This document shows positions 24,811 to 35,099 of a DNA stretch of 64,000 bases, one piece after another (positions within the stretch are counted from its first letter, which is position 1; each line of letters opens with the position of its first letter). Made by a program: the position numbers and the translations under genes. This DNA is from Azolla caroliniana. Taxonomy: Eukaryota; Plantae; Polypodiophyta. The notes beneath the pieces are model-generated. The model saw only the letters and a list, made by a program, of their open reading frames with translations, did no database searches and was not told the DNA's origin. The stretch spans positions 12,648,001 to 12,712,000 of the forward strand of contig JBHGNT010000013.1 in assembly GCA_043228905.1 (NCBI GenBank), given 5' to 3'.

Positions 24811-25029
24811 GCCATTGGTCGGTCTTGGATCGCCTCCTCAACTGTTGGATCCAACAGAGTGAAATCCTCTACTGTTCGGTCTTGGATTGCAATAACTTTT
24901 CTGTCTATTGATTATCTTGTGTATTGTTGTGTCTAATCTTGTGTATTGTGTGGAATATTTTTGTGTATTGTTGTTGCCCATAGCCATCTTTAATACTTGT
25001 TTTTTTTTCTGGAAATTTAGGGTTTTAAC

Positions 25030-28000
25030 ATGTCTAGCCAAATGGAAGGGGAAGAAGGGTGTTTAGAATTACCCCTCAATGATCATAAGGATAGGGATGA
25101 TGTTATCAGGACACAACAAGCCATACGAAACTATTGGGCAGAAAAAAAAAGGAAACATCGTCAATTGTTGAAGGATACGAAAGCCACACTCAGTAAAGGT
25201 AAGGATAGTTTAGCTGAGAATGTAAGTAATGCGACTACCATCATAGAGAGAAAGGTTGTAGACTATTTCAATGTTCAAACCAAGCACATCAGCAATGAAG
25301 AAAAGAAGGTAGTACTTTATGGAATATGTAATGATCCATCGATAAAGGACTTAGTTGATTGTGATGGTCTTAATGCAAACATATCATCTATTTTAGTAAA
25401 TAATCTTCGTAATAGTTTCGTATCCATGAGCAGGTCAGAAGATGATCTTGTCTTAAAAAGGTCTAGTCTAATGATGTTACTTAATAGTGATGTTGACGAT
25501 ATAAACATCAGTGAGCTATCTAAGGTAATTGGTGTTAGTAGAAAAACAGTGTACAATACAATGAACCGTATAATTTCCTCGGGTGAAGGAACTAGTCTAC
25601 TAAAGCTAACTACAAGATGTAAGCCAATGACACCCATAACATTTGAAATCAAGGATGTAATCACAATGTTTTGGACTAATGAGAGTAGGGTTTCACCCAA
25701 TAAAAAGGATTTATGCAGGAAACGTGTTGGAAGAAATCAATACGAGGAGCATCCCATTCATCTTCTTGATGTACCTCAGGTATTTACATTTATCTCAACA
25801 TTTGTTTTGACTCTACTCGGAAAGTTAATTAGCTCAGTTAGCAGAAAAGCTAATTAGCTTATCAGTTACATTTACCTCAGTTAGCTACTAGGATCGCTAC
25901 TACATAGGTAACTAGCTACTCTCAATAGTTACTACCATGATAGCTAATTAGCTATTCTCAATAGCTAATTTAGGTACTACCAGATAATTAGCTGTACTGC
26001 TAGCTAGTTAGCTATCATGGTAGCTAGTTAGCTATTTCGTTATTACCAGCTAATTAGCTACTAGGAAAGCTAATTAGCTACCATGATAGCTAATTAGCTA
26101 CTATGATAGCTACTACATAGGTAACTGGCTACTCTCAATAGCTACTACCACGATAGCTAATTAGTTAGGATAGCTAATTAGCCACCATTATAGCTAATTA
26201 GCTACTAGACCAGCTAATTAGCTACCATGATAGCTAATTAGTTACTAGGACAGCTAATTAGCCACCGTGATAGCTAATTAGCTACCATGATAGCTAATTA
26301 GCTACTATACCAGCTAATTAGCTACCATGATAGCTAATTAGTTACTAGGAAAGCTAATCAGCCACCATTATAGCTAATTAGCTACTAGACCAGCTAATTA
26401 GCTACCACGATAGCTAATTAGCTACTAGACCAGCTAATTAGCTACCATGATAGCTAATTAGTTACTAGGAAAGCTAATTAGACACCATGATAGCTAATTA
26501 GCTACTAGACAAGCTAATTAGCTACCATGATAGCTAATTAGTTACTAGGAAAGCTAATTAGCCACCATGATAGCTAATTAGCTACTAGAGCAGCTAATTA
26601 GCTACCATGATAGCTAATTAGCTACTAGGACAACTAATTAGCTACTAGGACAGCTAATTAGCTACCATGATAGCTAATTAGCTACTAGGACAGCTAATTA
26701 GCTACCATGATAGCTAATTAGCTACTAGAATAGCTAATTAGCTACTAGAATAGCTAATTAGCTACTAGAATAGCTAATTAGCTACTAGAATAGCTAATTA
26801 GCTACTAGAATAGCTAATTAGCTACCATGATAGCTAATTAGCTACTACGACAGCTAATTAGCTACCATGATAGCTAATTAGCTACTAGGACAACCAATTA
26901 GCTACTAGGACAGCTAATTAGCTACCATGATAGCTAATTAGCTACTACGACAGCTAATTAGCTACCATGATAGCTAATTAGCTACTAGAATAGCTAATTA
27001 GCTACCATGATAGCTAATTAGCTACTACGACAGCTAATTAACTACCATGATAGCTAATTAGCTACTAGGACAACTAATTAGCTACTAGGACAGCTAATTA
27101 GCTACCATGATAACTAATTAGCTACTAGAATAGCTAACTAGCTACTAGAATAGCTAACTAGCTACTAGAATAGCTAATTAGCTACTAGGATAGCTAGCTA
27201 GTTACGAGAATAACTAATTCCCCTTTATTACGCAGGTCGATTTATTTATTAGGTTCAAACGAATGCATCCAACTATCAAAGTTCAACTACGAACATTCGA
27301 GTCTCTTAAGCCACACTTTGTGAGACGCTTAAAGGATCGATACACATGTTGTTGCATTTACCATGTACAGATGGGTTTTCTGAAGGACTCTGTTAATCTA
27401 CTACGTCACCATAGCGCATCCCTAACTAATACAGTTTGCACATGTGGGTGCCCAATCTGTCGATCAAGCCCGCAAGAGGAGTGTAAATCATCTGAGCACG
27501 TTATCTCTTCCATGAGTTATTTATTAGATTCAATATTGTGTCCGAGAGAATCTGACGCTATCTTCCATATTCATAAATGTGTCATGGGTTTATGTCAAGA
27601 TTGTGGCCCTACTAGATTTAGGTGGTGTCCAAATGAATTGAGTAGTGAAATATTGATCTTTGTGAAGTTATTTGAGTCAGTGAACACCAATTTCGAAGGA
27701 AAGGTGTGTAAAAGAAAGGATCTAGTTCGGAAGATGCTTAAACCAAGGGATTTGGTGTCTCTGTTTGTAGTATCTCTAGGAAAGTTCATTAAACACAACT
27801 TCATTTATTCATAGCAGGCCCATCAGTTTAAGACTTGCATATCTGATTTCCCAAATGATGTAGTAGTCTCAGTAGTAGATTTCACAGAGAATTATACTTT
27901 CAAGCAGCAGAATGAAATTCAATCTATGCATTGGTGTTCAGTTCAGGTAACCATTTTTGTGCACACAACATATTTTCGAGTTTCAGGTGATGTTAAAAAA

Positions 28001-29077
28001 GTAATTCATTTCTTTATTTCCGATGATAAGAAGCATGATACCTTGTTCGTCCAACACTGTTTTAAGTTACATTGGCAGTGGTTATTAGCTCAACGTTTGG
28101 AGCTTACTCAACATTGGGTCTGGTCTGACGGAGCTGCGTCACAATTCAAGGCTCGACGTCCATTTTATTTTGTGGGGAGGTATCCTGCTATAACAGGTTT
28201 GGAGATGAGATGGAATTTTTTTGGGTCTGGCCATGGTAAAGGTGAACATGATGGTGCAGGGGCTGTTATAAAGCGGGCACTTACCCATGAACAACTAAAG
28301 ACAGATGGTGTGCACATGAATTGTGCATCACATGTAGTTGAATTTTTAAGAACAAATATGTCGATGAGTGCCACAGGTGTTTATTCCTCGCAAGTTCGAG
28401 ATATCAAACGTGAATTTTGGGAAGTGAAGATAGATGAAATAAATAGGGAGAAGACCTGGGAGTGCCAAGGAATTCCCGAATTGCGATCTCTGCATGCTGT
28501 TCGCGGTTATTCCAGGTTGGATGGTCATTGTATTGCGGTTAGAGAATTGACTTGTTTTTGCTTCCATTGTGTGCAGGGAAATTGGAGATATTGTCTAAAC
28601 AAAGCATACATTCAGAATTGGGAGTATCACACTCTGAATGATAAGGAAGCAGTTGATGGAGAAACAGGGCAGAATGCTGACTTCACATATGAGGGACTTG
28701 GAGATACTTTGAGTGATGTCCTGAACGTTGGGGATAACTTCGCTGTAAATGCTGAAGAAGGCAATTCAGAGGGTGCTGATTTCTATATATTAAAGTGCAC
28801 GGTTAGTAAACAGTGTGCAAGGCAGAATATTGTAGATGCATGGGGAAATTTTGTATCTGCCGGGACATTCTACATCGAAGGCATTTTTTATGCAAAACTA
28901 GATGACTACGAATATGTGTACAGGCTGTTAGAAGACAAACCAGCGGCGTATATGTACTCTCATTTGGTCAGATGCATCAACGTCCCAATGTCAGAATACA
29001 ATAGCTGCTCCGGTTTATACACTGTTGGTGCTAATGTGTATGAATGTATTTACAATAGTATGCCATGGAATTTGTAG
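25030..29077 (+). CDS. Sola2-like DDD transposase, 2 exons (25030-25779, 27236-29077), about 863 codons, one premature TAG at 27812
   Basis: Phase-0 GT-AG intron joins ...DVPQ/VDLF... in frame. Cys-rich region (CCCIYH, CxCxxC) and motifs VVDFTENY..QNEIQSMHW, SDDKKHD, WSDGAASQFK, FFGSGHGKGEHDGAG. Confidence 0.85.
25850..27215. repeat. Satellite of palindrome TAGCTAATTAGCTA (about 20-bp period) in the transposase intron
   Basis: 14-bp perfect palindrome plus 6-nt spacers (CCATGA, CTAGGA, CTAGAA) repeated dozens of times. Confidence 0.97.
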
Positions 29078-29446
29078 CTACAAGTAGCACTTACCATGTT
29101 CTCTTGTAAAACAAACATGTATTTCGCGAAAACAGATCAATAAATTCGTTTGGAATCAATTTCTTGTATACAGTCTGCTTTCTGTGCTTCTTTCTCAATA
29201 AAATCATGTCTTTTTTGTTAAGTTTTAAGTTATAAGTTATAGCAAAATAGTCATCAGTAGCTAATTAGCTGTACAAATGCAGCTAATTAGCTGTACAAAT
29301 GCAGCTAATTAGCTGTCAATAGCTAAATAGTCATCAATAGAATGAAATCAACAATCTGCAACATATTCCTCAAATTACACAGTAGATAAGTACAGTGGGA
29401 ACAAGTAATTAAATTCTTCATTGAATAATGTCATCTCTTTACATAT

Positions 29447-32400
29447 TTATAAATTACCATTGGAAATGTCTACAAATCTCCTATAAACAACTAAGCTCTT
29501 GCTAGTCAGTGGAACGAGTCTACATATATTATCCGCATATTGAGCTCGGTATGGAGTCCACAACCATGCACCTAGTTAGCAGCTCACTGTTTGCACCAGG
29601 TACTGTTCAGGCATTTCCTCGGGTAGAATGAGACAGCATCTCCGAATATTGAAGTAGTGTCGGAAATGTTCTGTATCCAAAATCAATGTATTGTCAGCAT
29701 TATATTCAGGCCAAGTAGCCCAAAAATCAAAAAGCCTCTTGAATCTTGCAGCTTCCATCTGCTCACAATTTTCTCGTGCCCATTGACCTTTAAAACGACT
29801 TTGCCATTTTGGGAAGAATCTTGCCAAACACTTCCACACATCTGATTTTGGTTTTTCACTCCAAATAAACAAATCGAAGTACTCCACAGCCCACTCTAGA
29901 AACTGATTTGCGTCCCTCCTTGGCTGCATATATCTCACACTCATCAAGACTTTATCAAGCTCCAAGATCAAGGCTCTTCGCTCGACTTCTAGTGGTTTAG
30001 GTTTCCATTCCTGAAACTGAGCCGCTGTTACACCATTTTCTGGTAGGATACGATCAATCTCAATCAGCTCAGGTTCGGCTGACACAACTGGTGTCCTTTT
30101 CCTCTTTAAACCCCTAGTCGACTGTGTTGGGCCTAGCTTCACATTCTGGTGCTCTTGTTTTGTCGACTTAGTTATCAATCCTTGGATTACCTCAGTGCAT
30201 GTAGCTACTGTTCTGCTCGATATCAGTCCACTGGTATCACATGTTGCATCTACCTGCAACACCAAGTCATCCGTGCTACATGCTGCATCTACCTGCAACA
30301 CCAAGTCATCCGTGCTACATGCTGTATCTACCTGCAACACCAAGTCATCCGTGCTACATGCTGCATCTACCTGCAACACCAAGTCATCCGTGCTACATGC
30401 TGTATCTACCTGCAACACCAAGTCATCCGTGCTACATGCTTGATCAACTTGTGTGACCAGATCACTTGTGTCAGTTGCTACATCTACTTTCAAGATGGGG
30501 CCCTTTAAACATGCCGCAACATCAACAGTATCCACACTGCCATTGGCCTTACGAGCAATAGAATCAAACCCTTTAGACTCTGCAACATCAGAAAACACCA
30601 ACATATTCACACTCACAAAGTAACTACTAGTCTCACAAAACAATATCCTGAACATCAAAGAGTTTTAGTCATAGAACAACACTCTTCAAATTATCTTGGA
30701 AAAACATCATAGAGTTCCATTACATAATGTGGATCAAGCAACAACCAATCTGAGGTTTTACTTGTCCAACAGGATAGTAAAACTTCATAAAACCCTAGCA
30801 AAATCCCTAAGCTAACAATCATATCCAACTAAACAGTATTTCGCTCCACTACGTCTGGGCCCCTTGACCGAGTAACTGGTCTTGTTCCCGATCGTGGCCC
30901 CTTCTTCAGCCTTTTTCTGGTTGGTTCCCCATTTAGCCTTGCTTCTAGGACCCAATGCGCAAGTGTGTCCTCCTCCGACAACCTTCCCATCGCCTCAGTA
31001 GCTAATTGCACATCAGCCGTTTCTTGAACTAGCTTTTCAAGTACAGAGGGATCTGTTTGGACATTTTCAGTAGTTGGGCTCGGTGGGGTGGAATCAAGGT
31101 CTTGAGACTCGAAGAAATGTTGCATCAAGTGTTCATAAACACTGTTGTTGTGAACCTCAGTTTTACATGTTGTTTCCACTATTTCATGGCATTTCACATC
31201 GTTGCCTAATTCAGTACACTGTTCCAAAAGAATAGGGTGCAGCTGATCTGAAGGAGATGTGATAGCAGGACTCTTACTTTCAGCCACATTGGCAGTAGTA
31301 TCCTCATCTGTTGCAGCATCATCAGCACCAGACACATCATGTGCCGTCCTTAATCCACAAGATTCTACAATAACATGACAGTTATTTAGGATAGCTAATT
31401 AGCTACTTTACTAAACTATGGTAGAAGCTAGGATAGCTAATTAGCTAGTACGATAGCTAATTAGCTAGTATGATAGCTAATTAGGTACTTTACTCAACTA
31501 TGGTAGTAGTTAGGATAGCTAATTAGGTACTTTACTCAACTATGGTAGTAGTTAGGATAGCTTATTAGCTACTAGGACAGCTAATTAGCTGCCAGTAGCT
31601 AATTAGCTACTAGGATAGCTAATTAGCTGCCAGTAGCTAATTAGCTACTAGGATAGCTTATTAGCTACTTTACACAACTATGGCAGTAGCTACTAGGATA
31701 GCTAATTCGCTAGGATAGCTAATTCGCTAGTAGGATAGCTAATTAGTTGCCAGCAGCTAATTAGCTAGTAGGATAGCTAATTAGCTAGTAGGATAGCTAA
31801 TTAGCTAGTAGGATAGCTAATTAGCTACTAGGATAGCTAATTAGTTGCCAGTAGCTAATTAGCTAGTAGGATAGCTAATTAGGTACTTTACTCAACTATG
31901 GTAGTAGCTAATTAGCTAGTAGGATAGCTAATTAGGTACTTTACTCAACTATGGTAGTAGCTAATTAGCTAGTAGGATAGCTAATTAGGTACTTTACTCA
32001 ACTATGGTAGTAGCTAATTAGCTAGTAGGATAGCTAATTAGCTACTAGGATAGCTAATTAGCTGCTAGTAGCTAATTAGCTACTAGGATAGCTTATTAGC
32101 TACTTTACACAACTATGGCAGTAACTAATTAGTTACTAGGATAGCTAATTAGTTGCCAGTGGCTAATTAGCTAGTAGGATACCTAATTAGCTTTTTTACA
32201 CAACTATAGTACTAGCTAATTAGCTAGTACCATAGCTAATTACCTACTAGGATAGCTAATTAGCTAGTAGGATAGCTTATTAGCTACTTTACACAACTAT
32301 AGTAGTAGCTAGGATAGCTAATTAGCTACTATGGTAGCTAATTAGCTACTTTACTCAACTATGGTAGTAGCTAGGATAGCTAATTAGCTACTTTACTAAC

Positions 32401-35099
32401 TATGGTAGTAGCTAGGATAGCTAATTAGCTACTTTACTAACTATGGTGGTAGCTAGGATAGCTAATTAGCTACAATGAAAGCTAATTAGCTACTTTCTCA
32501 ACTATGTAGTAGCTAGGATAGCTTATTAGCTACTAGGACAGCTAATTAGCTGCCAGTATCTAATTAGCTACTAGGATAGCTAATTAGCTGCCAGTAGCTA
32601 ATTAGCTACTAGGATAGCTTATTAGCTACTTTACACAACTATGTCAGTAGCTAATTAGCTACTATGATAGCTAATTAGCTAGTAGGATAGCTAATTAGCT
32701 TTTTTACACAACTATGGTACTAGCTAATTAGCTAGTACCATAGCTAACTAGCTACTAGGATAGCTTATTAGCTACTTTACACAACTATGTCAGTAGCTAA
32801 TTAGCTACTATGATAGCTAATTAGCTAGTAGGATAGCTAATTAGCTAGTAGGATAGCTAATTAGTTGCCAGTAGCTAATTAGCTAGTAGGATAGCTAATT
32901 AGCTTTTTTACACAACTATGGTACTAGCTAATTAGCTAGTACCATAGCTAACTAGCTACTAGGATAGCTTATTAGCTACTTTACACAACTATGGCAGTAG
33001 CTAATTAGTTACTAGGATAGCTAATTAGTTGCCAGTGGCTAATTAGCTAGTAGGATAGCTATTTAGCTTTTTTACACAACTATGGTACTAGGATAGCTAA
33101 TTAGCTAGTAGCTCATTAGCTGCCAGTAGCTAATTAGCTAGTAGGATAGCTAATTAGAAAAGACTAAGCTTATTAGCTACAGTATGGTATACCTGTTTGT
33201 TTTCTCCACTCATTTGGTAGAGTTGTACTGCAATCTCCCAAACAGAATGCAGCAATTCGACAGGCATGTTGAAAACAAAGCAGATGGTATGTGTGGTTGC
33301 ATGGTTGTAGGTGAACCAACAAAGACGCAGTTTTGTCCTCCACACCTAACCCGCAAGCGATGCAACGTGCTTGAACTGTCAATAAATCATTTTCTGGTTC
33401 TACTTCATTTGGTAAGGGAGCAAGAATGTTCAGGTCCAAATCCTGTCTGGTCCTTACCATTCCCTCCACAAAATGTAGCTTCTTCTTAAGGCAGCTAACT
33501 ACCTGTTCTTGATGAATGTATTGTTCCTTCAACGCAACAGAGAAATTTACCGATTAATTATTCTTGTTGTTGAAAGATACACCAACTTTGCTCAGGAATC
33601 GTTAACTTACTTGAAGCTTATCCAAATTGTAATCTGCAACAGTATTTACACCTAGAAGGTCCAGGTTCATTGAAAGAACCTGGATCTCTATTTGCAGTTC
33701 TATTTTACGCTGGGGATCCAGTGGCCCCTCTAATTCAAGCTCCTGTTGCGCAACCTATTCCAGATAATGCTTGATTAGCACATTTTACCCGTTATTTATA
33801 ACACAATCACATACCAGCAAAACAATAGTTACCTGAATCTTATTTCTAATTGTTGTAACAACAGAAGTAACTTTGCTCTCCATTGCAGAAGCCATTGTGG
33901 CTTTCTCTAAATCAGTCTTAAAAAATGCCAATGTCTCACAGGCTTCATGGACATTTTTTAGCATATAGCTAACCAATGTCTCACCTGTATCATCGACATT
34001 GGCTTTCCTTGGGTGTCGGTGTGGTGTATGCCCCTGGTCTTGCTGGGAGTCGGCAGTTGCATCAACAGCTGCCATGCTCCAAAATCTATCTATTTTTTGT
34101 GCCAAGGTCCCCATCTTTCGGCATCTTTTTACCGATGCCTCACCATAGACTGCCCAAGCTACCCTATACATTTCAGGGTCTCTAGATTCCTTCGCTGTTT
34201 TGCAGTACTCATATGCAAATGCTCTAGCAAATGAAACTGACAACTCATTGTTGACTGGGATCTCCTGATGAACTTTCTGGTGCAGTCTCATGCAGTCATC
34301 GTACAAGTCGGCTCGTACATGCTTCAGCTTGACCTTGCCTTTGACTCTAGGCACTGTATATACTGTCATCCAGTCTATATCACTGATCAATTTATCACTT
34401 AGGACAGCAGGGTCAACACCCTCGAGTGACAGACCATAGGTGTTGTGGAAGTCCTCCTTTGTCTCACAAAATTTTGCGAAGTTTAGCACTCTCGTATACG
34501 GAGGAACGAGCCATCTGAAATATCATTTCAGAAATCAGAAATAGTGCAAAATCAGAATATGTGAGAATCAAAAACCCCAATCAACAACAACAAAAATGGT
34601 GCAAAATCTTTAACTTAGCAAATCAGAAACCCTAATCATAATTTGTATTCAGAAATTTGAAATCAGAAACCCTAATCAAAATCTGTAATCAGAAGTTTGA
34701 AATCAGAAACCCTAATCAAAATCTGTAATCAGAAGTTTGTAACCAGAAACCTTATTCAGAAATTCTAATCAGAAATTTATAATCAAAATCCCTAATCAGA
34801 AATTTCAATCAGAAACCCTAATAAAAAATTTCAATCACAAACCCTAATCAGAAATCCTAAGCAGAAATTTATAAACAAAAACCCTATTCAGAAATTCTAA
34901 TTTGTAATCAAAATTTGTAACCAGAAACCCTATTCAGAAATTCTAATCAGAAATTTATAATCAAAAACCCTAATCAGAAATTTCAATCACAAACCCTAAT
35001 CAGAAATTTCAATCACAAACCGTAATCACTAAAGACAGGATTAAACACAAAAAAAGTAATATAAACACACCTGTTGCTACTCCCCGATTTGCGAGACAT
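29447..35099 (-). CDS. Multi-exon transposon cargo gene: N-terminal unknown domain, helical/coiled segment, RING-like finger, 13-aa repeats, degenerate FCP1/NIF (HAD) phosphatase-like domain
   Basis: Phase-compatible GT-AG exons 35099-35071, 34514-33833, 33742-33611, about 33526-33193, 31364-31278, 30579-29447 (TAA at 29576 looks premature). CIAC..PCNHTYHLLC..C..C; LILELDKVL..FL..FDLFIWS..W.RENC..FKRL..W..YNADNTLILD. Confidence 0.68.
30237..30441 (-). repeat. 39-bp coding tandem repeat (TDDLVLQVD[T/A]ACS) x5
   Basis: Near-perfect in-frame repeat in ORF 29576-30658. Confidence 0.95.
31390..33180. repeat. Second TAGCTAATTAGCTA satellite, in the cargo-gene intron
   Basis: Same palindrome with spacers GTAGGA, CTAGGA and CTTTACTCAACTATGGTAG. 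Confidence 0.97.
34621..35030. repeat. Telo-box-containing (AAACCCTAAT) tandem repeats in the first intron of the cargo gene
   Basis: More than 10 copies of CAGAAACCCTAATC-like units with about 26-31 bp period. Confidence 0.9.

Noticed and set aside
34621-35030. True telomere or interstitial telomeric tract
   Set aside because: AAACCCT units are isolated within longer repeats rather than contiguous.
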